Made by a program: the position numbers and the translations under genes. DNA of 64,000 bases. It comes from an uncultured Actinomycetota bacterium (GTDB taxonomy: Bacteria; Actinomycetota; Actinomycetes; JAFAQI01; DASSKL01). Positions 38,687-48,653 of this stretch are shown one piece after another. The notes under the pieces are model-generated. The model had not been told where the DNA came from. It did no database searches and saw only the letters and a list, made by a program, of their open reading frames with translations. The stretch's first letter is position 1. Every line of letters starts with the position of its first letter. The stretch is taken from positions 202,151 through 266,150 of the forward strand of contig CAVSIP010000005.1 of assembly GCA_963728075.1 (NCBI GenBank), in the 5' to 3' direction.

Positions 38687-39391
38687 ATGGAGGTCCACTC
38701 GCAACCGTTGGCATGGATCGAGGCGATCGGCTGGTTCAGCCTCTCGCTCGCGTTCGCCAGCGCGCTCGCGATCCTCTTCGACATCTTCGTGCGCGGCTAC
38801 CGCCAGAAGATGGCGATCATGGACCTCGTCTACCCGATCACCGCCCTGTACTGGGGGCCGGTGGCGGCCTGGTTCTACTTCAAGCACGGCAAGCGCACGT
38901 CGAGGCCGGTCATCGAGAGCCTGGGCGAGCCCGACCCGGACGCGATGCCGCGCTGGAACATCCTCGGCAAGGCGGTGAGCCACTGCGGCGCGGGCTGCAC
39001 GCTCGGCGACATCGCCGGCGAGTGGCTCGTGCACTCCCTCGGGCTGATGGCCTTCGGCACGGCGCTGGTGGCCGACTTCGGCATGGACTTCGCGTGGGCC
39101 TGGACCCTCGGCATCGCCTTCCAGTACTTCACGATCGTGCCGATGCGCGACATCGGCAGGCTGCAGGGCATCTGGGCCGCGATCAAGGTGGACACGCTGT
39201 CGATCGTGGCGTTCCAGGCAGGCCTGTTCGGCGGGATGGCCATCTACCAGGAGCTGATCTGGCAGCCGCCGCTGAGCAAGACCAGCGCCACCTACTGGAT
39301 GATGATGCAGCTGGCGATGATCCTCGGCTTCTTCACCGCGATGCCGGTCAACAACTGGCTGATCAACAAGGGCCTCAAGGAGAAGATGTAG
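38687..39391 (+). CDS. DUF4396 family membrane protein
   Basis: ATG after GGAGGG. Multi-TM; AVSHCGAGCTLGDIAGEW and FQYFTIVPMR motifs recall DUF4396. Confidence 0.78.
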   Translation: MEVHSQPLAWIEAIGWFSLSLAFASALAILFDIFVRGYRQKMAIMDLVYPITALYWGPVAAWFYFKHGKRTSRPVIESLGEPDPDAMPRWNILGKAVSHCGAGCTLGDIAGEWLVHSLGLMAFGTALVADFGMDFAWAWTLGIAFQYFTIVPMRDIGRLQGIWAAIKVDTLSIVAFQAGLFGGMAIYQELIWQPPLSKTSATYWMMMQLAMILGFFTAMPVNNWLINKGLKEKM

Positions 39392-39411
39392 CGCTACCGC
39401 CACGCCGCGCG

Positions 39412-41676
39412 CTACTCCCGGGCGAGCTCTGTCCGGGCCGTCGCCTCGACGTCAGCGGAGTCGGCACGGCGGTGGATGCGGAAGGTGACCCGCTCGATCT
39501 CGCCGGAGAACGGGAACGGGCCTTCGTAGTCGGGCGCCACCGTCGACAGCGCGTCGCGACCGACGTCGAGGCCGGTGGAGCCGGGCATGCGGACGATCCG
39601 CGGGATCGCCGCCGTCGCCAGGTCGACCCCGTCACAGGCGATCGTCAGCTCCCCGCTGCGCGCGTCGGTGCGCGCGAACTGCGCGACGAGGGCGTGCGGT
39701 CCAGGCGCCAGGGTGATCGGCGCGGTCGCGCGGTAGCGCGTCCCGAGCGCGTTGTACTCGAAGTGCAGGGCGCCGTCCTTGACGAAGAACGCGTGGCCGA
39801 CGTTGTGGCTGCCGCGCGCGTAGAGCACGCCCTCGACCGGCTCGTCGCCGACGCGTACGTCGGCGGTCACCGTCCAGGGACGGCCGCCGAGCGGCGGGGC
39901 GGCATCGGCCGGCACGTGCGTCACGGGCGGTCGGTAGACGTACTCGTCCCGCGCGTGCACGGTCCCCGGCCGCGGCGCCCCGCCGAACAGCTCGATGGTC
40001 CGGTCGTCGAGCGGGAGGACGCCGTACGCACCGGCCTCCACCCACCAGGCGTCGACCAGCTGGCGCAGGCGCTCGGGCTCCTGCGCCGCCAGGTCGTGGC
40101 ACTCGGAGAAGTCCTCGTCGAGGTGGTACAGCCCCCACTCGTCGTCATCGAACGGGTGACCCGGCTCGTGGTACGTCGTGATCTTCCAGCCGTCCGCCCA
40201 CAGGCCGCGGTGGCCCATCTGCTCGAAGTACTGGACCCGGCGCGGCGGCGGGGCGTCCGCATCGGTGAACGTCGGCAGCAGCGACGCGCCGTGCAGCGGG
40301 ATCTGCGGTACGCCGGCGTGCGTCTCCGGCAGAGGCGCGCCGGTCACCGCGAGGATCGTCGGTGTGATGTCGACCGCGTGGCAGAACTGGCGGCGCAGGG
40401 CCCCGCCGTCACGGATGCCGGCCGGCCAGTGCACGACCAGCGGGTCCCGGACACCGCCGCCGTAGGTGTTCTGCTTGTACCAGCGCAGCGGGCTGTTGCC
40501 GGCCTGGGCCCAGCCCCAGGGGTAGTTGGAGTGCGAGTGCGGGCCGCCGATGTCATCGAGCCGGGTGGTCGCGATCTCGTCGATGTCCTCCCACATCGCG
40601 TTGAAGAAGCTGAACTCGTCCATCACGCCGTACGGCCCGCCCTCCCGCGAGGCGCCGTTGTCGGACAGGACGAGGAACAGCGTGTCGTCGAGCAGCCCGC
40701 GCTGCTCGAGAAAGGCGGCGAGGCGGCCGATCTGGGCGTCGGTGTGCTCGAGCATGGCCGCGAACGCCTCCTGCAGTCGCGCGGCGAAGCGGCGCTGGTT
40801 GTCCGTCAGGTCAGCCCATGCCGGCACACCGGGGTTCGGCGGGGCGAGGGTCGTGCCCGGCGGGACGACGCCGAGCTCGAGCTGGCGGGCGAACCAGCGC
40901 TCGCGGGCGGCGTCGTACCCGTCGTCGAACCGCCCGCGCCAGCGGTCGAGGTACGCCGCGGGCGCCTGGTGCGGAGCGTGCGTCGCGCCGAAGGCGAGGT
41001 AGAGGAAGAAGGGCCGGTCGGGTCGCAGCGACTGCAGGTCGCCCACCCAGCCCATCGCCCGCTCCACGATGTCCTCGGACACGTGGTAGCCGCCCTCCGG
41101 GCGCCCGGGCGGGTCGACGTGGCCGTTGTCGCTCGTCAGCTCGGGGTGGAACTGGTCGGTCTCGCCCTGCAGGAACCCGTAGAACCGGTCGAAGCCCTTC
41201 TGCAGCGGCCAGTTGTGGTGCGGGCCGGCAGCCGAGCACTCCTCCATCGGCGCGACGTGCCACTTGCCGGCGGCGTACGTCGCGTACCCGTGTGCGCGCA
41301 GCAGCTCCGCCGCCGTCGCCGCCCGCGGAGAGATGCCCCCGCGCATGTGCGGGAAGCCGGTGTTCCAGTTGGACACGGCGCGCATGCCCACGGCGTGCGG
41401 GTTGCGCCCGGTCAACAGTGCCGCACGCGACGGCGAGCACAGGGCCGTGGTGTGAAAGCCCGTGTAACGCAGGCCGTTCGCGGCGAGGCGGTCGATGTGC
41501 GGCGTCGCGAGCTCGGACCCGTAGCAGCCGAAGTGCGCGAAGCCGGTGTCGTCGAGCACCACGAGGACGACGTTCGGGCCACCGAGCCCGGCGGGGGGGT
41601 CCGGCCACCACGGGGTCGACTCGCGGTACGTGCGGCCGATCCGGCCCCGGAACTCCGGCTCGTTGGGAGCGCTCAT
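39412..41676 (-). CDS. arylsulfatase (AtsA-like, formylglycine-dependent)
   Basis: VVLVVLDDTGFAHFGCYG and sulfatase signature TTALCSPSRAALLTGRNPH. The start is set at ATG 41676 (MSAPNEP) because the longer ORF would run into the 19-bp inverted repeat. Confidence 0.9.
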   Translation of the reverse strand: MSAPNEPEFRGRIGRTYRESTPWWPDPPAGLGGPNVVLVVLDDTGFAHFGCYGSELATPHIDRLAANGLRYTGFHTTALCSPSRAALLTGRNPHAVGMRAVSNWNTGFPHMRGGISPRAATAAELLRAHGYATYAAGKWHVAPMEECSAAGPHHNWPLQKGFDRFYGFLQGETDQFHPELTSDNGHVDPPGRPEGGYHVSEDIVERAMGWVGDLQSLRPDRPFFLYLAFGATHAPHQAPAAYLDRWRGRFDDGYDAARERWFARQLELGVVPPGTTLAPPNPGVPAWADLTDNQRRFAARLQEAFAAMLEHTDAQIGRLAAFLEQRGLLDDTLFLVLSDNGASREGGPYGVMDEFSFFNAMWEDIDEIATTRLDDIGGPHSHSNYPWGWAQAGNSPLRWYKQNTYGGGVRDPLVVHWPAGIRDGGALRRQFCHAVDITPTILAVTGAPLPETHAGVPQIPLHGASLLPTFTDADAPPPRRVQYFEQMGHRGLWADGWKITTYHEPGHPFDDDEWGLYHLDEDFSECHDLAAQEPERLRQLVDAWWVEAGAYGVLPLDDRTIELFGGAPRPGTVHARDEYVYRPPVTHVPADAAPPLGGRPWTVTADVRVGDEPVEGVLYARGSHNVGHAFFVKDGALHFEYNALGTRYRATAPITLAPGPHALVAQFARTDARSGELTIACDGVDLATAAIPRIVRMPGSTGLDVGRDALSTVAPDYEGPFPFSGEIERVTFRIHRRADSADVEATARTELARE

Positions 41677-41681
41677 GTCCC

Positions 41682-41728
41682 GGGGACCGTAGTTATTGAC
41701 ATAGGCCACGTCAATAACTACGGTCCCC
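41682..41728. promoter_or_regulatory. perfect 19-bp inverted repeat (TetR operator candidate) in the divergent sulfatase/TetR intergenic region
   Basis: GGGGACCGTAGTTATTGAC-ataggccac-GTCAATAACTACGGTCCCC. The core is AT-rich, in sharp contrast to the surrounding GC-rich sequence. Confidence 0.6.
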
Positions 41729-41732
41729 GATC

Positions 41733-42326
41733 GTGCCAGCGGTGCAGCCGGTGAAGGAGGACGGGCGTCATCGCCGGCGCTCGTCGAACCGCGAGGCGGT
41801 GGTCGACGCCCTGGTCGCGCTGTTCTCGGAGGGCTGCTACGAGCCGAGTGCTGCGGAGATCGCCGAGCGGGCGGGCCTGTCCCCGAGGTCGCTGTTCCGG
41901 TACTTCGACGACGTCGACGACCTGCACCACGCGGCCATCGACCGGCAGCTGGCCACGGCCCGCCCGCTGGTCGAGCCGGGCGTCGGCGTGGACGCCCCGC
42001 TGGCGGTGCGGGTCGAGCGGATCGCCGCCGCCCGGGTACGGCTGTTCGATGCCGTCACCCCGGGCGCGCGGGCGGCCCGGGTGTGCCTGCACCGCCGGCC
42101 GGTCGTGGCGGCGCAGGTACGGGAGGCGCGTGCGTTCCTCCGGCGCCAGCTCGAACGGCTGTTCGCCGGCGAGCTGGCCGGGTCGCGCGCCGCGCTGCTG
42201 CCCGCGGTCGACGCGCTGTGCTCGTTCGAGAGCTACGACCTGATGCGCGACCAGGGGCTGACCTCGGAGCAGGTCGCCGCGGCCCTGCGCGCGGCGCTGT
42301 CCGTGCTGCTGTCCCCGCCCGGCTGA
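41733..42326 (+). CDS. TetR family transcriptional regulator
   Basis: REAVVDALVALFSEGCYEPSAAEIAERAGLSPRSLFRYFDDVDDLHHAAI is a TetR N-terminal HTH. An alternative GTG start lies at 41751. Confidence 0.85.
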   Translation: MPAVQPVKEDGRHRRRSSNREAVVDALVALFSEGCYEPSAAEIAERAGLSPRSLFRYFDDVDDLHHAAIDRQLATARPLVEPGVGVDAPLAVRVERIAAARVRLFDAVTPGARAARVCLHRRPVVAAQVREARAFLRRQLERLFAGELAGSRAALLPAVDALCSFESYDLMRDQGLTSEQVAAALRAALSVLLSPPG

Positions 42327-42418
42327 GCGGCCGGTCGCGGGACGTTCAGCCCTGGCAGGCGGCGACCCGGTCGGGTTGCCTGGCCGTGGGCCCGTCGCCC
42401 CGCGACCGGAGGTCCCAC

Positions 42419-43486
42419 ATGCGGATCGGACTCATCGCCCCTCCCTGGGTTCCCGTGCCACCGCCGGGCTACGGCGGCACGGAGGTCGTCGTCGACAACC
42501 TCGCGCGCGGGCTGCAGGCGCAGGGGCATGACGTACGGCTGTTCACGGTGGGTGAGTCAACCTGCCCGGTGCCCCGGAGCTGGCGGTTCCCGACGGCGGT
42601 GGGCCCCATGGGGGCGGCACTGCCGGAGGCGGCGCACCTGCTCGACGCGTACGAGGCCCTCGCCGACCGGGACGTGATCCACGACCACACCATGCTGGGC
42701 CCGCTGCTGTCGTCCGGCCGCACGCCGCCGGGAACCGTCGTCGTCACCACGGCGCACGGCACGTTCAGCGAGGACGCCCGCCGGCTGTACGCGGCGACCG
42801 CCGACCGGGTCGCGCTGGTCGCCATCTCCGCGGACCAGCGCGCCAGTGCCCCCGAGCTCCCCGTTGCGGCGGTGATCCACCACGGCATCGACCTGCAGCG
42901 GTACCGCGCCGGGCCAGGCGGGGGCGGGTACCTGCTGTTCATCGGCCGGATGTCGGCGGACAAGGGTCCGCACCGGGCGATCGAGGTCGCCCGGCGCACC
43001 GGCCGGCGGCTCGTCATCGTCACCAAGATGAGGGATCCGGGCGAGCACGACTACCACCGGCAGGTGATCCGACCGCTGCTCGGGCCGGATGTCGAGGTGT
43101 ACGGGGAGCTGGACGAGGCGCAGCGCATCGAGCTGCTGCGCCACGCCGACGCGCTGCTCGACCCCATCGAATGGCAGGAGCCGTTCGGGCTCGTGATGGC
43201 CGAGGCGCTCGCCTGCGGCACCCCCGTCCTCGCCTACCCTCGGGGTGCGGCGCCGGAGATCGTGATGCCGGGCCGGACCGGCTTTCTGTGCGCGGACGTG
43301 CCCTCGATGGCCGCCGCGGTCCGGGCGCTGGACCGCATCAGCCGTGACGACTGCCGGCACGCGGCGGAGACGCACTTCTCGCTGGAGCGGATGGTCGCCG
43401 ACCACGTGCGGCTCTACGAGCTGCTGGTGAACGGGCGGCGGCCCGCGGTCATCTCGCTCAGTGGTGCGCCGGCAGCGCTGCACTGA
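42419..43486 (+). CDS. glycosyltransferase family 4 protein
   Basis: MRIGLIAPPWVPVPPPGYGGTEVVVDNLARGLQAQGHDV and the C-terminal EPFGLVMAEALACGTPVLA (E-x7-E region). Confidence 0.88.
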   Translation: MRIGLIAPPWVPVPPPGYGGTEVVVDNLARGLQAQGHDVRLFTVGESTCPVPRSWRFPTAVGPMGAALPEAAHLLDAYEALADRDVIHDHTMLGPLLSSGRTPPGTVVVTTAHGTFSEDARRLYAATADRVALVAISADQRASAPELPVAAVIHHGIDLQRYRAGPGGGGYLLFIGRMSADKGPHRAIEVARRTGRRLVIVTKMRDPGEHDYHRQVIRPLLGPDVEVYGELDEAQRIELLRHADALLDPIEWQEPFGLVMAEALACGTPVLAYPRGAAPEIVMPGRTGFLCADVPSMAAAVRALDRISRDDCRHAAETHFSLERMVADHVRLYELLVNGRRPAVISLSGAPAALH

Positions 43487-45563
43487 GCGGGCGGCGGGGA
43501 GCGGGCACGAGAGCGACGTCGTCCGGTAGGCCCGTGACCGTCAGCCGGCCGTCCACCACGTGAACGTCCACCCGCGCGTGCCCGAGAGGCACGCCGGTGA
43601 GGTGCAGCTGCCGGCAGACGGCGGGCAGCACCGGGTCGAGCCAGACCCGGCCGTGCGACACCCACGGGTCGATCCGCAGCAGCGTGCGCAACAGCTGCAC
43701 GGGTGTCGCCGCGGCCCACGCCTGGGGCGAGCAGCTGGTGGGGTACGGGACGGGCTGCGGGTACGTCGACCGGTCGAACCCGCAGAACAGCTCCGGCAGC
43801 CTCCCGCCGAAGTGCGCGGCCGCCTCGAGGAGCCCGACGGCGATCCGCTGGGCCGCCTCGACGAACCCGTAGCGCATGAGACCGGCGGCCACGAGCGCGC
43901 TGTCGTGCGGCCAGACCGACCCGTTGTGGTAGCTGACCGGGTTGTACGCGCCCATGGTGGACGCGAGCGTGCGCACGCCGAACCCGGTGAACATGGCCGG
44001 TGACATGAGGTGCTCGGCCACGGACGCGGCCTTGTCCTCGTCGACGAGGCCGGTCCAGAGGCAGTGCCCCATGTTCGACGCGAGAGCGTCCACCGGTCGC
44101 TTGTCGCCGTCGAGCGCGACCGCGAAGTAGCCGCGGTCGGCGAGCCAGAACTCGCGGTTGAAGCGCTCCTTGAGCTCCGCAGCACGTCGGGACCAGCGGG
44201 TGAAGCCGTCGGCGTCGTCCTGCTCACGGGCGAAGTGGGCGCGAGCCAGGTACGCGGCGTAGACGTAGCCCTGCACCTCCGCCAGCGCGATCGGCGGCTC
44301 GGCCATGGTGCCGTCGGCGAAGTTGATGCCGTCGAAGCTGTCCTTCCAACCCTGGTGGAGCAGACCGCGGTCGGTCGTCCGCAGGTACTCGACGAACCCG
44401 TCCCCGTCCCGGTCACCGAAGTCCTCCACCCAGGACAGCGCCGCGTCCGCCGCGGGCAGGAGGGCATCGACCTCCTCGCGGGCCAGGCCCCACCGGCGCA
44501 GCTCCCCGAGGAGCACGACGAACAGCGGCGTGGCGTCCGCCGTGCCGTAGTAGACCCGGCCACCGCCGAGCGCCAGGGAGGGGTCCACGCCGAACCGCAT
44601 CTCGTGCAGGATCCGGCCCGGCTCCTCCTCGGTGTCCCGCTGCACGGTGGTGCCCTGGTAGCGGGCCAGCGTCTGCAGCGTCCCGAGCGCAAGCTGCTGG
44701 TTGAACGGCAGGGCCATCCAGCTCGCCAGCAACGAGTCCCGGCCGAACAGCGTCATGAACCAGGGCGCTCCCGCCGCGACCACCGCGACCCCGGGGTGGT
44801 CCGGGTCGGAGATGCGCAGCGCCCCGAGATCGTGGCCGCTGCGCTCCACGGCGGCCGCGAGCGCGGGCCAGTCGGTGTGCAGGACCGGGCTGTCCCGCCG
44901 CCAGCGGCCCAGGTGCCGGGCGGGCTCGGCGTGCTCGGGCGGGTGCTCGAGCGGGAACCGGGGAGCGACCTCGACGCCGTCCACGCTCGTGCGGACCTGC
45001 ACGCCCGTGGACCAGACACCCCCGCGCGCAGGAAGCTGCGCGTGGAAGACGAGCCGTCCGGGCTGCGGCAGCGCACCGGCGGCCGTCACCCGGACGCTGC
45101 GGCTCCCGGCCGGGTGGCGCAGCTCGGCGAGCAGGGCGTCGCCCTCGACCCGCACCGTGCGCTCCCCCCGCTCGACCACCCGGTCGGACTTGACCTCGAA
45201 GAGGTCGGCGAAGTCCGCGCCGACCTCGAGGGTCACGGTGACGTCCACCGGCTCCGGTCCGTGGTTGCGGACGGTGAGGTCCTCGCGCAGCCCGCCGCCG
45301 ACGTAGCGCACCCGCTCGACGAACAGCGGTGCGTCACCGTCCGTGGTGTGGTGGTGGGCCCGGGCGAGGAACGTGGCGGAGTAGGGCGCCGTGCTGAACG
45401 CGGTGAGCGGTTCCGGGTGCCGGCCGTCGATGAGCAGCCGCCACGTGGAGATGATCCGGGTGTCGCGGAAGAAGACACCCTGCGCCAGCTCGGGCTCCAT
45501 GTCCCCGCGCGTTCCGGACACGGCGAAGGACGAGCCCTCGACCACGGTGATCAGGCCGCTCAT
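43458..45563 (-). CDS. amylo-alpha-1,6-glucosidase / glycogen-debranching-like protein
   Basis: The start is set at ATG 45563 (MSGLITVVEGSSFAVS). GAPWFMTLFGRDSLLASWMAL and the (alpha/alpha)6-barrel C-terminal half are typical of the GDE_C family. Confidence 0.87.
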   Translation of the reverse strand: MSGLITVVEGSSFAVSGTRGDMEPELAQGVFFRDTRIISTWRLLIDGRHPEPLTAFSTAPYSATFLARAHHHTTDGDAPLFVERVRYVGGGLREDLTVRNHGPEPVDVTVTLEVGADFADLFEVKSDRVVERGERTVRVEGDALLAELRHPAGSRSVRVTAAGALPQPGRLVFHAQLPARGGVWSTGVQVRTSVDGVEVAPRFPLEHPPEHAEPARHLGRWRRDSPVLHTDWPALAAAVERSGHDLGALRISDPDHPGVAVVAAGAPWFMTLFGRDSLLASWMALPFNQQLALGTLQTLARYQGTTVQRDTEEEPGRILHEMRFGVDPSLALGGGRVYYGTADATPLFVVLLGELRRWGLAREEVDALLPAADAALSWVEDFGDRDGDGFVEYLRTTDRGLLHQGWKDSFDGINFADGTMAEPPIALAEVQGYVYAAYLARAHFAREQDDADGFTRWSRRAAELKERFNREFWLADRGYFAVALDGDKRPVDALASNMGHCLWTGLVDEDKAASVAEHLMSPAMFTGFGVRTLASTMGAYNPVSYHNGSVWPHDSALVAAGLMRYGFVEAAQRIAVGLLEAAAHFGGRLPELFCGFDRSTYPQPVPYPTSCSPQAWAAATPVQLLRTLLRIDPWVSHGRVWLDPVLPAVCRQLHLTGVPLGHARVDVHVVDGRLTVTGLPDDVALVPAPRRPLSAALPAHH

Positions 45564-45600
45564 GCCGCAGCACCGCGCCGGCTGGTGACCACCACGCCGT

Positions 45601-46323
45601 TCAGCGAACGCCGTGCGGACGGGCCTGGCGAGGGTCGAACGTCCTGCCGGCGCCGGGAACGAGCAGCCGGACCGGCACGAGCAGGACCGGCACCCGGGAG
45701 CGCTCCAGCGTCGCGCGGACGGTACGGGCCCGGCCGACGGCGAACCGCCCACTCCAGCCCAGCGCCACGAGGTCCACCTGCTCGTCCTCGGCGAGGTCGT
45801 ACACGTGCTCACCGGCGACCCCCGAACGCAGCGCGAGCCGGGCCTGCGAGCCAGGGGGCTGACGCGCGAGGAACTCCTCCTGCCACGCCTCCGGGGCGTG
45901 CGCCTGCTGGTCCCAGAAGGCCGGCACCGTGGCGGCATCGAAGACGTGCAGCAGCACGATCTCCACGCCGGCCGCGCAGAACAGGTCCAGCGTCTCGGCC
46001 ACCGCGGTGGCCGACTCGGTGCTGCCGTCGAGGGGGACGAGCACCCGTGACACGCGCGTCAGCGGCCGGCACCTCGGCCGGTCGGGAACGCACAGGACCG
46101 CACTCCGGCAGTCCGCCGCGACATGCAACGCCGAGCTGACGGCGGCTCGACCGGTGCGGGACAGGGTCAGCACGACCACGTCGTCCGGGCCGGCGTCCGC
46201 CGTGCTGTCGACGATCCGCACCGGAACCCGCTCGCCGAGCGCCTGCCCGAGCGCGCGCGCCGCCGACAGCACCGGTCCGCTGGGCGGCGACCCCTGACCG
46301 AGGACGAGCACCTTGGCGGTCAT
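45601..46323 (-). CDS. universal stress protein (tandem USP-like)
   Basis: VLVPLDGSTESATAVAETLDL...VDLVALGWSGRFAVGRARTVRATLERSRVPVLLVP. ATG overlaps the GH65 stop (ATGA). Confidence 0.83.
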   Translation of the reverse strand: MTAKVLVLGQGSPPSGPVLSAARALGQALGERVPVRIVDSTADAGPDDVVVLTLSRTGRAAVSSALHVAADCRSAVLCVPDRPRCRPLTRVSRVLVPLDGSTESATAVAETLDLFCAAGVEIVLLHVFDAATVPAFWDQQAHAPEAWQEEFLARQPPGSQARLALRSGVAGEHVYDLAEDEQVDLVALGWSGRFAVGRARTVRATLERSRVPVLLVPVRLLVPGAGRTFDPRQARPHGVR

Positions 46324-48653
46324 GATGCGCGCTCCTTCCCTGCGTCCACGAGGACCGGGAACTCCCGTACGCCGGTGACGACGGTGCGCCGGGCGCCCGC
46401 CACACGGACGGCCAGCGGCGCGGCCGTCTCCACGACCACCCGGTCGTGGCGGGCGAGGACCCGGACCGGGACCCCGAGCACCTGGAACCGCACTCTCACC
46501 TCGTCCCACGCGGACGGCAGGTGCGGGTCGACGAGGAGCCCCCGGCCGTCCACGTCGATCCCGCAGAAGCCGCCGAGCAGGGCCTGCCACACCCCGCCCA
46601 GGGTGGCCAGGTGCAGCCCGGCCCCGGTCATGGCGGTGAGGTCGTCCAGGTCGAGGTGCGCCGCAAGCCGGAACAGGCCGAGCGCGTCGTCCGGCCGGCC
46701 CGCCCGGGCCAGCAGGCCCGCCGTGATGGCCGGCGACAACGACGAGCCGTGCGCCGTCCGGGGCACGTAGTGGTCGAGGTCGGCGACGAGCGACCCCGCC
46801 GGCAGGTCGGGCCCGAGCAGGTGATGGGCCATGAGCACGTCCGGCTGCTTGGTGATCTGGGTGCGGGCGAGCTGCTCCGGCCTGAGGAGCAGGTCGGCGG
46901 CGATCGGCGCCTGCAGCCCCCGGTCGGCCAGCGTGGCCGGGTCGAGGGTGAAGTAACCGGCGAACTGCTCGTGCCGGCCGGTCGCCGGATCGAACCCGTC
47001 GACGAGCGCGGCAGCGAGCCGACGCCACCGGCGCGCCTCCGCCGGGTCGCCGCCCGTCGCCACCAGCACCTCAGCGGCACGCCGGAGGTGCCAGCGGGCG
47101 AGCAGGTTCGTGTACGCGTTGTCGTCGACGTCGGTGTGGTACTCGTCCGGGCCGATCACGCCGTCGATGTGCGCCCGGCCGCTCGCGTCCAGCCGGCACC
47201 GCGCAGCCCAGTAGCGGGCGGTCTCGACGAGCAGCCCCCGCCCGCGCCCGCTGAGGAACGCGTGGTCGCCGGTCCACAGCGCGTAGCGGTGCGCCGCCCA
47301 GGCGACGTCGGAGACGACGTGCTCCTCCAGCTCGCCGGTGCGGATGCGGATCGGGCGGCCGGCCAGCCGCCCCTCGGTCGGCGTCACGTCGGTGCCGTCC
47401 AGCGCGGACTCCCACGGGAACCGCGCTCCGGAGCGGCCGCACGCGGCGGCCAGCCTCCGCGCGGCCGGCAGCCGGCGGACCCGGTACTCGAGCATGGCCC
47501 GGGCCATCGCCGGGGACAGGGTCAGCACCGCGGGCAGCACGAAGACGTCTGCGTCCCAGAACACGTGGCCGGCGTAGCCGGGCCCGGACACCCCGCGCGC
47601 CCCGACGGCCGCCTCCCCTCGGTCGGCGACGTTGGACCACAGCGCGTACAGCGCGTACCGCAGGGCCAGCTGCAGGTCCGGGTCGTTGGGGATGTCAACG
47701 TTCGCGACGGCCCAGCGGCGGCTCCACGTGTGGCGGTGCGCCGCCAGCTCGCGGTCGAAGCCGCCCCGCTGCACCGCCGCGAGCATCCGGCGCGCTCGGG
47801 CGCGGTCGGGGGGCCGGTAGGCGTCGGCGACGACGGCAACCGTGCGCTCGACCGTACGCACGCCGCCATGGGTGCCGACGAGCTGGCGGGCCAGCGCACC
47901 GATCCCCCCGGACGCTGTCGACGGCACGCACAGCCAGTCGGTCGAGGCGCCGCGCCGGAGTGCCGTGCCGGGCGGCGGGAGCAGCGGCGGACCGGGGCGC
48001 AGCTGCGCGGGTACTCCCTCGGCGCGCAGTGCCACGACCCCCGGTCGAGCGGCGGACGCGAACCGTACGGTCCGCACCGGCGGCCCGGCACCGTCCCCCA
48101 CACCGAGGAGAACCCCGCTGCGCAGGTCGAGCACACGGTGCGGACCCACCGAGACCGGCCGCTGCAGGCCGGTCCACTCCGGCCCCGCGAGCAGGTGCTG
48201 CTCGGCGCCGGAGTCGGTGTAGACGCCCGCAGCGAGAACGGACGGCGTGGGCTTCCCGTCCCTGCCGAGGGCCCCTCGCGTGCCGATGCCGCCGGACCCG
48301 ATGGTGAGCAGCGCCTCCTCCACCCGGCGACGCTCCGGCGGCTCCCCCGTCACGACGACGGTCCACGCCGGGTCGAGGTCCACCTCCGGGACCCGCCGGT
48401 GCCGGCGTCGGCGCAGCTGCTCGTCGAGCAGCCGGGCGGTGGTGCGACGTCCCCCGCCGAGCGGTCGGACCCCGGGGACGCCGGAGCCGTCCGGGCCGAC
48501 CGACACCACGGTGGAACGCGAGCCGGCCGGCGGCGGCAGCCCGATGACCAGTACGAGACCGGAACCCACGCCGCCGGCGTCCAGGTCGGCGAGCAGCGCC
48601 TGCACCCGGGCGGCGCTCCCCCGGCGCCCGGTGCCTGCGGCGATCACGCGCAC
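46320..48653 (-). CDS. glycoside hydrolase family 65 (trehalose/maltose/kojibiose phosphorylase-like; OtsB1/Rv2006-like architecture)
   Basis: GYAGHVFWDADVFVLPAVL and IDGVIGPDEYHTDVDDNAYTN are GH65 central-domain motifs. The N-terminal about 130 aa is non-GH65. Confidence 0.87.
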   Translation of the reverse strand: MRVIAAGTGRRGSAARVQALLADLDAGGVGSGLVLVIGLPPPAGSRSTVVSVGPDGSGVPGVRPLGGGRRTTARLLDEQLRRRRHRRVPEVDLDPAWTVVVTGEPPERRRVEEALLTIGSGGIGTRGALGRDGKPTPSVLAAGVYTDSGAEQHLLAGPEWTGLQRPVSVGPHRVLDLRSGVLLGVGDGAGPPVRTVRFASAARPGVVALRAEGVPAQLRPGPPLLPPPGTALRRGASTDWLCVPSTASGGIGALARQLVGTHGGVRTVERTVAVVADAYRPPDRARARRMLAAVQRGGFDRELAAHRHTWSRRWAVANVDIPNDPDLQLALRYALYALWSNVADRGEAAVGARGVSGPGYAGHVFWDADVFVLPAVLTLSPAMARAMLEYRVRRLPAARRLAAACGRSGARFPWESALDGTDVTPTEGRLAGRPIRIRTGELEEHVVSDVAWAAHRYALWTGDHAFLSGRGRGLLVETARYWAARCRLDASGRAHIDGVIGPDEYHTDVDDNAYTNLLARWHLRRAAEVLVATGGDPAEARRWRRLAAALVDGFDPATGRHEQFAGYFTLDPATLADRGLQAPIAADLLLRPEQLARTQITKQPDVLMAHHLLGPDLPAGSLVADLDHYVPRTAHGSSLSPAITAGLLARAGRPDDALGLFRLAAHLDLDDLTAMTGAGLHLATLGGVWQALLGGFCGIDVDGRGLLVDPHLPSAWDEVRVRFQVLGVPVRVLARHDRVVVETAAPLAVRVAGARRTVVTGVREFPVLVDAGKERAS

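Noticed and set aside
39389-39416. 7-bp stem GTAGCGC...GCGCTAC between the convergent DUF4396 and sulfatase genes, as a bidirectional terminator
   Set aside because: The stem is short with a 14-nt loop and overlaps a stop codon. It is not distinguishable from chance in this GC context.
38713-41754. 1013-aa plus-strand ORF, the longest in its region
   Set aside because: It is antisense to the arylsulfatase, which has a clear CSPSR signature. Its translation is Arg/Gly/Ala/Pro low-complexity, typical of a GC-rich shadow frame.
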